Origin: an uncultured Bifidobacteriaceae bacterium
Lineage (GTDB): Bacteria > Acidobacteriota > Vicinamibacteria > Vicinamibacterales > UBA2999
Direction: 5' to 3'
Length of the DNA: 48,754 nucleotides
NCBI GenBank assembly: GCA_964526235.1
Contig: CAZGLC010000004.1
Span: 1-48,754 of the forward strand
Of this stretch, positions 14,710-22,837 are shown in pieces. The translations under genes were made by a program, and so were the position numbers. The notes below the pieces were generated by a model. It saw only the letters and a list, made by a program, of their open reading frames with translations. It ran no database searches and had not been told where the DNA came from. The stretch's first letter is position 1. Each line of letters starts with the position of its first letter.

Positions 14710-15920
14710 CGGGCGGCGACGAGGGGCAGGGCCGGCACGCGTCCGTGCGGCACGTCGGCGTAGTGCGCGCGCAGCAGGTCCTCGCCGAAGTCGCCGTTCT
14801 GATAATCGCGCCACACCGAGTGGGCGTGATTGCCGTTCCCGTTCATGTACTCGATGAGGAACGTCGGCCCGTGCACGCGGTAGTAATAGGGGAAGCCGAG
14901 CGGGATGCACTCCCAGCGGGGATCGCCCGGCTCGCAGCCGAAGCTGGCCGTGGGCTTGGGCGCGTCCTCGGCGCGCGTCGCGCCAATCCAGGCGAAGCGG
15001 ATCCGGTCGAAGTCCGCAGTCACTTCACGCGCGCGCGTCGCGGCAATCTCGTCGGGCATGCGGCCCATATAGACGTCGACGAGCGCCCGCAGCAGCTGCT
15101 TCTGCGCCGCGGTCATCTGCGCCGCGGCGAGCCCCTCGTGTGGGAGCGGCTCTGGCTGCCGATCGAGCCCGATCGGATTGAGCTGCGATCCCAGGTCGGG
15201 CGCGCGGTCGTTGCCGGTCATGATGTCGGTCGGCAGCTTCGTCCCGACGACGGCCGCCGACCGCTGCTGCGCGTCGAGCGCGTCGATGAGCGCGCGCGCC
15301 TTGTCCTCCCCCGCGCCGAGCACGCGCAGACCCTTCAGCGGACCGCCCTGCACCTCGGCCGGCTCCGCGCCGAAGAAGAGCGGCGTGTTGGACACGGCGT
15401 TGTCGTCGACGCGGCCGCCGGCAATCGTGAAGTTCACCGAAACATGGTGTCCCTCGATGCGCCAGCCCCACGGGCGCTCGCGCGACGGCGTGCCGAAGAT
15501 CGACACGTAGTAGTTCTCCGGGTCGCGCACCATGGGCATCGAGCCGTTCTTCTCGCGCTCGAGCAGAATCCGCTCGAGCCGCATGATCTGCTGCGCCGTC
15601 TCGTACCCCGACGCGCTCAGACCGGACCTGAGCAGCTCGAGCGCCAGCGTCTTCTGCGCCGGCGCCAGCTCGCGCAGCGACAATCCCTTGCGCATCCGCG
15701 GAATGTAATGCCAGTTGTACCGCTCCAGCGTCTCGAAGGTGAAAAGGAAACGCGCCTTCTGCTCCGCCGGAAACGCCGCGAGCAGTCGCGTCGCGGTGTC
15801 GGTCATGGCGCCGGCCAGCCGCATCTGGGCGACGCCCTCGGCGACGAGCAGCGTCAGGACCGGAATCAGCACGACGGCACTGCTGATGACGAGGCGTCGG
15901 TGGGCGGCCAGGAAGCTCAT
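14706..15920 (-). CDS. DUF3500 domain protein, secreted
   Basis: The start is ATG 15920; the track ORF extension to 16343 is rejected. The signal/anchor is MSFLAAHRRLVISSAVVLIPVLTLLVA. The motifs WGWRIEGHHVSVNF and PLFFGAEPAEV are typical of DUF3500. Confidence 0.8.
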   Translation of the reverse strand: MSFLAAHRRLVISSAVVLIPVLTLLVAEGVAQMRLAGAMTDTATRLLAAFPAEQKARFLFTFETLERYNWHYIPRMRKGLSLRELAPAQKTLALELLRSGLSASGYETAQQIMRLERILLEREKNGSMPMVRDPENYYVSIFGTPSRERPWGWRIEGHHVSVNFTIAGGRVDDNAVSNTPLFFGAEPAEVQGGPLKGLRVLGAGEDKARALIDALDAQQRSAAVVGTKLPTDIMTGNDRAPDLGSQLNPIGLDRQPEPLPHEGLAAAQMTAAQKQLLRALVDVYMGRMPDEIAATRAREVTADFDRIRFAWIGATRAEDAPKPTASFGCEPGDPRWECIPLGFPYYYRVHGPTFLIEYMNGNGNHAHSVWRDYQNGDFGEDLLRAHYADVPHGRVPALPLVAAR

Positions 15921-15927
15921 GGCCGTA

Positions 15928-15934
15928 TATAGTA
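15928..15934. promoter_or_regulatory. Shared back-to-back -10 region (TATAGT on +, TACTAT on -) of two apparently leaderless divergent genes
   Basis: Only 21 nt separate ATG 15920 (-) from GTG 15942 (+). On the + strand, TATAGT lies at 15928-15933, followed by an 8-nt spacer and then GTG. On the - strand, TACTAT is the complement of 15929-15934, followed by an 8-nt spacer and then ATG. Confidence 0.4.
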
Positions 15935-15941
15935 CCCCGGC

Positions 15942-16466
15942 GTGTCGCAAGAACCGCAGCAGGTCTGGTCCCAGTACATCTACCAGGCGCTCACAGAGGC
16001 GGAGATCGGCCAGGTCGCCTACGTGCCCGACGCCGGCCACAAGGATCTGATCGCGCTCTGCCACGCGGATGCGGCGATGCGCGCCGTCTCGCTGACGACC
16101 GAGGAAGAAGGGATCGCGCTCGTCGCCGGCGCCTGGCTGGGCGGCGTGCGCGGCGTCCTGCTGATGCAGTCGAGCGGCGTGGGCAACTGCATCAACATGC
16201 TGTCGCTCGTCGAGGAATGCCGCTTTCCGCTGCTGCTGATCGTCACGATGCGCGGACAGTGGGGAGAGACGAACCCGTGGCAGGTGCCGATGGGGCAGAC
16301 GACGGCCGCCGTGCTCGCCGCCAGCGGCGTGATCGTCCAGCACGTCGAGACGGCGCGCGATCTCGCGCCGAACGTCGAGGCCGGCGCGCAGCTCGCCTTC
16401 ATGTCCAATCGCGCCGTCGCGCTGCTCGTCGCCCAGCGGCTCGTCGGCGCCAAAAAGTTCGAGTGA
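15942..16466 (+). CDS. ThDP-dependent decarboxylase, alpha (PYR-domain) subunit, ComD/sulfopyruvate-phosphonopyruvate decarboxylase-like
   Basis: This 174-aa protein has the motifs VPDAG...L........R.V..T.EEEG.A...GA.L.G and LMQSSGVGN. These are typical of the N-terminal ThDP pyrimidine-binding module of split decarboxylases. Confidence 0.8.
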   Translation: MSQEPQQVWSQYIYQALTEAEIGQVAYVPDAGHKDLIALCHADAAMRAVSLTTEEEGIALVAGAWLGGVRGVLLMQSSGVGNCINMLSLVEECRFPLLLIVTMRGQWGETNPWQVPMGQTTAAVLAASGVIVQHVETARDLAPNVEAGAQLAFMSNRAVALLVAQRLVGAKKFE

Positions 16467-17044
16467 TGCTCGATCGCCGCGACGCCGTCGCCGCCATCCT
16501 CCGCGCCCGCGAGCGTGCGCTCATCGTCACCGGTCTGGGATCGCCGACGTGGGACGTGGCGGCCACCGCCGATTCGCCCCACAACTTCTATCTCTGGGGC
16601 GCCATGGGCGCCGCCGCGATGGTCGGTCTCGGGTTGGCGCTGGCGCAGCCGTCGCGCCGCGTCGTCGTCATCACCGGGGACGGCGAGCTGCTCATGGGCC
16701 TCGGCAGCCTTGCGACGATCGGCGTGGAGCGTCCGTCGAACCTGTCGATCGTCGTCATCGACAACGAGCGGTACGGCGAGACCGGCATGCAGGCGTCGCA
16801 CACGGCGCGCGGCGTCGATCTGGCCGCCATTGCCCGCGCGGCAGGATTTCCCGACGCGGCAACGGTCGCCACCGCCGGGGACCTCGCTGCCTCCCTGCCG
16901 GCGATTTACACCCGCCCGGGCCCGGTGCTGCGGGTCGTGAAGGTGTTCGCGAACCAGCCGCCGCTGCGGGTGCCGCTGCGCGACGGCACGCACATCAAGA
17001 ACCGGTTCCGGGAAGCGCTGCTCGGGCCGAAGGCGTTCGAATAA
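16466..17044 (+). CDS. ThDP-dependent decarboxylase, beta (PP-domain) subunit, ComE-like
   Basis: A TGATG overlap couples it to the alpha subunit. The ThDP-binding motif is GDGELLMGLGSLATIG...NLSIVVIDNERYGETG. Confidence 0.8.
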   Translation: MLDRRDAVAAILRARERALIVTGLGSPTWDVAATADSPHNFYLWGAMGAAAMVGLGLALAQPSRRVVVITGDGELLMGLGSLATIGVERPSNLSIVVIDNERYGETGMQASHTARGVDLAAIARAAGFPDAATVATAGDLAASLPAIYTRPGPVLRVVKVFANQPPLRVPLRDGTHIKNRFREALLGPKAFE

Positions 17045-17056
17045 TAGGGACGTGAC

Positions 17057-18223
17057 GTGGTGATCACCGAGCAGGTCGAGCTGCACCGGAGCCTGCGGCA
17101 GAGCATCCGCGAGATCTCGGCGCGCTTTCCGGACGTCTACTGGCGGCGACTGGACGCCGAGCGCGGGTACCCGGAGGCATTCGTCCGCGCGCTCACGGAG
17201 GCGGGCTTTCTCGCCGCGCTCATCCCCACCGAGTACGGCGGCTCGGGCCTCGGCATCGCGGAAGCGGCCGTCATCCTCGAAGAGATCAACCGCAGCGGCG
17301 GCAATGCCGGCGCCTGCCACGCGCAGATGTACATCATGGGGTCGCTCCTGCGTCACGGGAGCGACGTGCAGAAACGCGCGTACCTGCCGGCGATCGCGAA
17401 CGGCACGCTGCGGCTCCAGGCGTTTGGCGTCTCCGAGCCGACCACCGGTTCCGACACCACGCAGATGAAGACCATGGCCGTGCGCCAGGGCGATCACTAC
17501 GTGGTGACCGGGCAGAAGGTCTGGATCTCGCGCGCGGAGCATTCCGACCTGCTGCTGCTCATGGCGCGGACCACGCCGCTCGAGCAGGTGAAGAAGCGGA
17601 CCGACGGGCTCTCGATGCTGCTCGTCGACATGCGCGAGGCGGCCGGCCGCGGCCTCACCATCCGTCCGATCCGGACGATGATGAATCACGCGACGACGGA
17701 GCTGTTCTTCGACGGGTTGCAGGTGCCGGTGGGGAACCTCGTGGGGGAGGAAGGGCAGGGCTTCCGGTATCTGCTCGACGGCTTGAACGCCGAGCGCATT
17801 CTCATTGCCGCCGAATGCATCGGCGACGGCCGCTGGTTCATCGAACGCGCCGCCCGCTACGCGAAGGAGCGCGTCGTCTTCGGGCGGCCGATCGGCCAGA
17901 ACCAGGGGGTGCAGTTCCCGATCGCCCGCGCCCACGTGAACGTGGAGGCGGCGGATCTGATGCGCATCCGCGCCGCCGGGCTCTTCGACCGCGGCGAGCC
18001 GTGCGGGGCCGAGGCGAACATGGCGAAGCTGCTGGCTGCCGATGCCTCGTGGGAAGCCGCCAACGTCGCCGTGCAGACGTACGGGGGCTTCGGGTTCGCG
18101 GAGGAGTACGACGTCGAGCGGAAATTCCGCGAGACGCGGCTCTACCAGGTGGCGCCGATCTCGACGAACCTGATTCTCAGCTATGTGGCCGAGCACGTGC
18201 TCGGCCTCCCCAGGTCTTACTAG
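17057..18223 (+). CDS. Acyl-CoA dehydrogenase family protein
   Basis: The 388-aa protein has GVSEPTTGSD, VTGQKVWIS, and a C-terminal ...LGLPRSY typical of the family. Confidence 0.9.
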   Translation: MVITEQVELHRSLRQSIREISARFPDVYWRRLDAERGYPEAFVRALTEAGFLAALIPTEYGGSGLGIAEAAVILEEINRSGGNAGACHAQMYIMGSLLRHGSDVQKRAYLPAIANGTLRLQAFGVSEPTTGSDTTQMKTMAVRQGDHYVVTGQKVWISRAEHSDLLLLMARTTPLEQVKKRTDGLSMLLVDMREAAGRGLTIRPIRTMMNHATTELFFDGLQVPVGNLVGEEGQGFRYLLDGLNAERILIAAECIGDGRWFIERAARYAKERVVFGRPIGQNQGVQFPIARAHVNVEAADLMRIRAAGLFDRGEPCGAEANMAKLLAADASWEAANVAVQTYGGFGFAEEYDVERKFRETRLYQVAPISTNLILSYVAEHVLGLPRSY

Positions 18224-18330
18224 GACCGTATCAACTGATGCACCACGAATTGCGGCAGCCTTTCGACCGAGGTTCCCCTGGCCGCGACAACGGCGCGGCC
18301 AGGCGCGTTGTGGGAAGGACGTACCAGTAG

Positions 18331-19704
18331 ATGACGCCTGAAGCCGCGCGCCTGGCTGAGTTCGTGGCGCGTGCGGCGCCGCCTCGGGCGGCGCGTGCGC
18401 GCGCGGCGGCGGCCATCCGCGACACCCTCGGCGTGATGCTCGCCGGCGCGCCCGAGCCGGCCGCGCGCCTGGTGCAGGCGATGGCCCTGGAGGAGGGCTC
18501 TGGGCCGTGCGCGCTCCTCGGCACCCCAGGGCGGGTGGGGGCGAGCTGGGCCGCGCTCGCCAACGGCGTGGCGGCGCACGCGCTCGACTTCGACGACATG
18601 TGCTTCGTCTCGCTCGCCCACCCGAGCTGCGCGCTGCTGCCGGCGGCGCTCGCGGCAGGCGAGCTCGCACGCGCGCCGGGCGCGGCGCTCCTCGACGCGT
18701 ACGTCGTCGGCTTCGAGATCGAGTGCCGCCTCGGCCTCGTGATGAACCCGCGGCACTATCACGAGCGCGGCTGGCACTGCACGTCGACGATTGGGACGGT
18801 GGGCGCCGCGGCGGCGGCGGCGCGTGTGCTGGGGCTCACGCCGCAGGAGACGGGACACGCGCTCGGCATTGCCGCCTCGTCCGCGTGCGGGCTCAAGGAA
18901 AATCTCGGCAGCATGGTGAAACCGCTGCATGCGGGCATGGCCGCGCGCAACGGCGTGGTGGCCGCACGGCTCGCACGGCGCGGCTATGCGGCGAGCGAGC
19001 GGTCGCTCGACGGCCCGCAGGGATTTCTGGCCGCCATGGACGCGCAGCACCCCACGCTGGAGCGCGCGTCCGCGGACCTCGACTCGCACTGGGAGATCCT
19101 GACGACCGGCATCACCGTGAAGCTCTATCCGTCGTGCGCGGCGACGCATCCGACGATCGACGTCCTGCGCGACCTGCAGCGGCGCGAGGGCATCGCGGCC
19201 GAGGAGGTCGAGGCGATCGAGGTCGAGGTCGACTCCATGACGCCGCGCCTGCTGACCTATGACCGGCCGGCCACGGGGCTCGAAGGCAAGTTCAGCATGC
19301 CGTTCTGCGCGGCGGCGGCGATCGTCGACGGCGACGTCGGCATCGCGACATTCGACCCCGAGCGGATGCAGAGGCCCGCGATTCAGGCGATGCTGCCGAA
19401 GGTCGCCATGCGCGTCGATCCGGCGTTCGATCGGGAGGCGCCGCTGTCGCACACGCGCGTGACGATGCGGCTGCGCGGCGGGCGCGTGGTCACGGGGTCG
19501 GCCGCCGGGGCGCGCGGCTACCCGGCGCGGCCCGCGAGCGAGGAGGAGCTGGCGGCGAAATTTGCGGCGTGCGCGCGCCGATCGATCTCCCCGGAGGCCG
19601 CCGCGCGGGCATGGGCGACGCTCGCCGACATCGAGCGGATCGCCGACCTGTCCGCGCTCGCCGATGTCCTGACCCCGGTGGCTGCGAGCGTGACGTCTCT
19701 CTAG
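18331..19704 (+). CDS. MmgE/PrpD family protein (paralogue 1)
   Basis: The 457-aa protein has D.LG....G, the HALDFDD motif and a C-terminal PrpD-type domain. Confidence 0.9.
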   Translation: MTPEAARLAEFVARAAPPRAARARAAAAIRDTLGVMLAGAPEPAARLVQAMALEEGSGPCALLGTPGRVGASWAALANGVAAHALDFDDMCFVSLAHPSCALLPAALAAGELARAPGAALLDAYVVGFEIECRLGLVMNPRHYHERGWHCTSTIGTVGAAAAAARVLGLTPQETGHALGIAASSACGLKENLGSMVKPLHAGMAARNGVVAARLARRGYAASERSLDGPQGFLAAMDAQHPTLERASADLDSHWEILTTGITVKLYPSCAATHPTIDVLRDLQRREGIAAEEVEAIEVEVDSMTPRLLTYDRPATGLEGKFSMPFCAAAAIVDGDVGIATFDPERMQRPAIQAMLPKVAMRVDPAFDREAPLSHTRVTMRLRGGRVVTGSAAGARGYPARPASEEELAAKFAACARRSISPEAAARAWATLADIERIADLSALADVLTPVAASVTSL

Positions 19705-20141
19705 GCGGGGACGGTCAGCGGCGATCCCTTCTTCGCGAAAATCATGGCAAGCAGGCGCGCGGGCTGCGTCTGGCTCGCGTTCTTCGAGACCTCGTGCGTC
19801 GCGCCGGGCTGTTCGTAGAACATCTGGCCGGCGGTATACGTCTGTTCCTCGCCCTGCCCGGAGATCCTGGCGATGACCGTGCCCTCGAGCACGTACACGA
19901 GCACGAAGCCGGGATGACGATGCCGTACGCCGACGTGGCCTGGTGCGTAGTCGACATTGTTGACCGTGACTTCCCAGTCCTCCAGCGTCACATTCGGCAG
20001 GTCCTGCTGGAAGACCGGCCGGCGAGGGCCCGGCGACGGCGCGGTCTGTGCCTGCGCGGCAGCGGGACCGCCGAGCGCGAGCCACTCGGCCAGCAGCGCG
20101 AATGAGGCAACGGCGTCTCGACGATTCATGATGGTGGCCAT
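19701..20141 (-). CDS. Cupin domain protein, exported (Tat-like signal)
   Basis: The signal is MATIMNRRDAVASFALLAEWLALGGPAAAQA. The cupin motifs are HRHPGFVLVYVLEG and GATHEV. A consensus TATAAT lies 7 nt upstream of ATG 20141 on the minus strand. An alternative start is ATG 20129. Confidence 0.8.
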   Translation of the reverse strand: MATIMNRRDAVASFALLAEWLALGGPAAAQAQTAPSPGPRRPVFQQDLPNVTLEDWEVTVNNVDYAPGHVGVRHRHPGFVLVYVLEGTVIARISGQGEEQTYTAGQMFYEQPGATHEVSKNASQTQPARLLAMIFAKKGSPLTVPA

Positions 20142-20148
20142 GGTCCGA

Positions 20149-20154
20149 ATTATA
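20149..20154 (-). promoter_or_regulatory. Consensus -10 (TATAAT on the minus strand), 7 nt from the cupin ATG
   Basis: Plus-strand ATTATA at 20149-20154 reads TATAAT on the minus strand. It is followed by TCGGACC and then ATG. It is embedded in the inverted repeat GGTCCG-N7-CGGACC (20142-20160). Confidence 0.45.
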
Positions 20155-20192
20155 CGGACCCTCGCAGATTTGTGGCATCCTGTGCGGGCATC

Positions 20193-21551
20193 ATGGAGCG
20201 GCGCGATCTTCTTCTGAGTGGCATCACGCTTGCGGCCGCTTTGCCGTTTCCGAAGTCAGCTCACGCGCAACCGGCCGGCACCCTCGCCGTCAAGTCGGTC
20301 GAACGGCTCGCAGGCAGTGCGACGAGCTACGCCTACGCGATCAAGGCGGGACCGTGGCTGTTTCTGAACGGGCACGAGGCGTTCGACTTCGAGAAGGGGC
20401 TCGCGCCCGACGTCGAGGGGCCCGCCGCCAGCCGGCTGAGCGGCCGGCCGCCGCTGCGCCGGGAGGCCGATTACATCCTGCGGCGCATGCGAGCGATTCT
20501 CAAGGAGTTCGGCTCGGATTTGCCGAACGCCGTGCGCCTCGACCAGTACTACACGTCGGGCGCGGCGGTCTCGGCCTACCACCTCGCGCGGTTCGCCGAG
20601 TTCGGCGCCTACATCCCGCCGAGCACGTCGATCATCATGGATCGCTGCTTCAGTGCGCGCGCCAATACGCACACCTCGATGATCGCGGTGGTGCCGGGCC
20701 CGGGCTGGACGCTCGAGCGCATCGGCCTCCCTGGCGAGCCGATCTCGGCGTCCGGGTACACGCCTGCCGTGGTGGTCAACGACTTCGTGTTCGTCGCCGG
20801 CAATCAGGCGCTGCAGCAGAACGGCCGGCTCGCGCCGGGTGTGGAAGTACCGGCCATCAGCCGCTGGCAGGGGGAGACGAGCTTCCGGCGCCAGGTGCAC
20901 TACGTCATCACGCAGCGTCTCGTGCCGTCGCTCGAGGCTGCCGGATCCTCGCTCGCGCGGAGCCTCAAGGCGCAGGCGTATGTCCGGGGCGTCGAACATT
21001 TTCCCGATTTCCTCGACGTGTGGTCGCAGTACTTCCGTGACATCCCGTGCGCGATCACGGTGGTGCCGGCCAGGGACTACTCGAGCTCCGAGAGCATGCT
21101 CGAGATCAACCTGATCGCGCTCAGGAACAGTGCGACGCGGCGCAAACAGGTGGTCGAGACCGGCGTCCCGCCGACCGCGACCTACGGGCCGTGCGTGCGT
21201 GCGGGGGAACTCGTCTTCCCGTCGGGTGTCATGGCGGTCGGGCGCGACGGCGCCGTCCCGTCGATTGAGAACGCGGCGGCGCTCGATGGCCTGAGCCTCC
21301 GCGGCCAGGCGCAGGGCGCAACGGTGCTCTCATACGCCGAGATGGTGTGCAAGGCCGTCGGCCGTTCCATGCGCGACGTGGTCCGGGCGCAGTACTTCCT
21401 GACCGACATCAGGGATTTCGCCGGCATCTCGGCCGCGTGGTCGGATCGCTATGGCCGGCAGCCGCAGCCGTTCGCGGCGGTTCAAGTGCCAGGCCCGCTG
21501 CCGCCGTCCGGGGCGTCGGTGGTTGCCGACTTCTGGATGTACGGAGGGTGA
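20193..21551 (+). CDS. Tat-exported protein made of three tandem RidA/YjgF/L-PSP domains
   Basis: The signal is MERRDLLLSGITLAAALPFPKSAHA. Three RidA-like modules of about 130 aa start near YAYAIKAGPWLFLNG, YTPAVVVNDFVFVAGN and YGPCVRAGELVFPSG. An alternative start is GTG 20172. Confidence 0.8.
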   Translation: MERRDLLLSGITLAAALPFPKSAHAQPAGTLAVKSVERLAGSATSYAYAIKAGPWLFLNGHEAFDFEKGLAPDVEGPAASRLSGRPPLRREADYILRRMRAILKEFGSDLPNAVRLDQYYTSGAAVSAYHLARFAEFGAYIPPSTSIIMDRCFSARANTHTSMIAVVPGPGWTLERIGLPGEPISASGYTPAVVVNDFVFVAGNQALQQNGRLAPGVEVPAISRWQGETSFRRQVHYVITQRLVPSLEAAGSSLARSLKAQAYVRGVEHFPDFLDVWSQYFRDIPCAITVVPARDYSSSESMLEINLIALRNSATRRKQVVETGVPPTATYGPCVRAGELVFPSGVMAVGRDGAVPSIENAAALDGLSLRGQAQGATVLSYAEMVCKAVGRSMRDVVRAQYFLTDIRDFAGISAAWSDRYGRQPQPFAAVQVPGPLPPSGASVVADFWMYGG

Positions 21552-22837
21552 TGTCTCCCTATCGCTGGGTCATTCTGATCTTCGGAATCCTCGCCTACGC
21601 GACGAGCCATTTCGCGCGGCAGAACTACACCGGCATCCAGCGGTTCATGCAGGCCGACTTCGAGCTCGACCGCGGCATGCTCGGCCTGCTCGGCGCCGCG
21701 TTCTTCTACGCCTACGCGCTGTGCCAGATGCCGTGGGGCATCGCCGCCGACAAGTTCGGCAGCCGCAGTGCCGCCACGCTGGGCATCCTGCTGATGGCGG
21801 TGACGATGGCGGGGTTCGCGACCAGTCAGTCCGAAGGTCAGCTCCTCCTGTGGCGCGTCGCCGCCGGCGTCGCCGCGGCTGCGGCGTACGTGTCGGTGTC
21901 GGGCGGTGTGGCGCGTTGGTTTCCGCCGCACGAGCGCGGCTTCAGCCAATCGGCGTTTGGCGGCATGGGCGGCGCCATCGGCGAGGGCGCCGCGTACTTT
22001 CTGCTCCCTGTGCTGGCCCTGTCGTTTGCATCCGGATGGCGGCAGGCGACCAATATGATGGCCATCGCCCTTGTCGTCATCGCCGTCGTGTGCTTTGCCT
22101 TTTTACGGTCGGCGCCCGAGGGCCAGCCGGCGACGACGAAGAAGCCATTTGCGTGGCGTCTGCTCGCCGACCCCTCGCTGTGGTGCTACGCGGCGCTCTT
22201 CGCCGGATTCATGGTGGGCACGCGCACGGCGCAGGCGTGGATCTCGATCTACATGGCCGACGTGTATTCCGCCGCCTACGGGTACCAGACCAATGCCGCC
22301 GTCGTCGCCGGCGGGTTGTTCGCGACAGTCGCGTTTTCGCTGGTCGGCCGCGGCCTCGGTGTTCCCGCCGCCGGCAAGCTGTCCGACATCCTCGTCCGGC
22401 GCGGCATCTCCCGCATGGCCGTCGTCATCGGTTGGCTCATTCTCAGCATTGCGCTCTTCCAGTTGCTGTCGATGCAGGTGACGGGGTTCTGGCTGCTCGC
22501 CATCGTCGCCGTGCTCGCCGGAACGGCCGTCAACTGCTTTACGCTCATCACCGCGACGGTGTCGGACACGTACGGTCCAGAGAAGACCGCGTCGATCACC
22601 GGCTTCGTCAACATGTGCGGGCAGCTCGTCGGCGCCACCTCACTCGCGTGGAGCGGTTATCTGGGCATTGCGTTGAGCGGCGGCGACACCAGTCCGCTGG
22701 CGGAGTATCGGGGCGTGTGGCTGTCGGGGGTGCTCACGGTGTCGCTGACAACGGCGATCGGTACAGGGATTTATCTGACGATACTCAAGACTGGTCGAGT
22801 GCCTCTCGCACCTGCCGCCGCAGCTCACGCGCCGTGA
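21551..22837 (+). CDS. MFS transporter
   Basis: A TGATG overlap couples it to the upstream gene. It is a 428-aa protein with about 12 TM segments, and the loop motif is GIAADKFGSR. The 3' end overlaps the convergent kinase gene by 53 nt. Confidence 0.85.
   Translation: MSPYRWVILIFGILAYATSHFARQNYTGIQRFMQADFELDRGMLGLLGAAFFYAYALCQMPWGIAADKFGSRSAATLGILLMAVTMAGFATSQSEGQLLLWRVAAGVAAAAAYVSVSGGVARWFPPHERGFSQSAFGGMGGAIGEGAAYFLLPVLALSFASGWRQATNMMAIALVVIAVVCFAFLRSAPEGQPATTKKPFAWRLLADPSLWCYAALFAGFMVGTRTAQAWISIYMADVYSAAYGYQTNAAVVAGGLFATVAFSLVGRGLGVPAAGKLSDILVRRGISRMAVVIGWLILSIALFQLLSMQVTGFWLLAIVAVLAGTAVNCFTLITATVSDTYGPEKTASITGFVNMCGQLVGATSLAWSGYLGIALSGGDTSPLAEYRGVWLSGVLTVSLTTAIGTGIYLTILKTGRVPLAPAAAAHAP

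Noticed and set aside
15942-17044. Calling the split ThDP enzyme sulfopyruvate decarboxylase (coenzyme M) or phosphonopyruvate decarboxylase (phosphonate biosynthesis)
   Set aside because: The window contains no comABC, PEP mutase, sulfolactate or phosphonate genes. Only the fold and family can be supported, not the substrate.
16019-18670. 883-aa antisense ORF, plus similar long antisense or off-frame ORFs
   Set aside because: The similar ORFs are 5493-7373, 10863-13160, 18220-20178, 25748-26851, 26919-28394, 34092-35741, 35639-37786, 40300-41547, 42451-43902 and 45511-47049. They are typical high-G+C artefacts: extremely Arg/Gly/Ala/Pro/His-rich low-complexity translations. Each lies opposite a gene with a clear family signature and G/C-rich third positions. 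None has a signal peptide, TM segment or domain motif, and none has a plausible SD.
22785-22837. 53-nt convergent overlap of the MFS and histidine kinase genes (and the 18-nt DASS/cyclase overlap at 28485-28502) as evidence of mis-annotation or a special antisense mechanism
   Set aside because: Both stops are fixed by the sequence. Short 3'-3' overlaps are common in compact high-GC genomes, and the overlapping tails are not conserved-looking. I see no additional signal.
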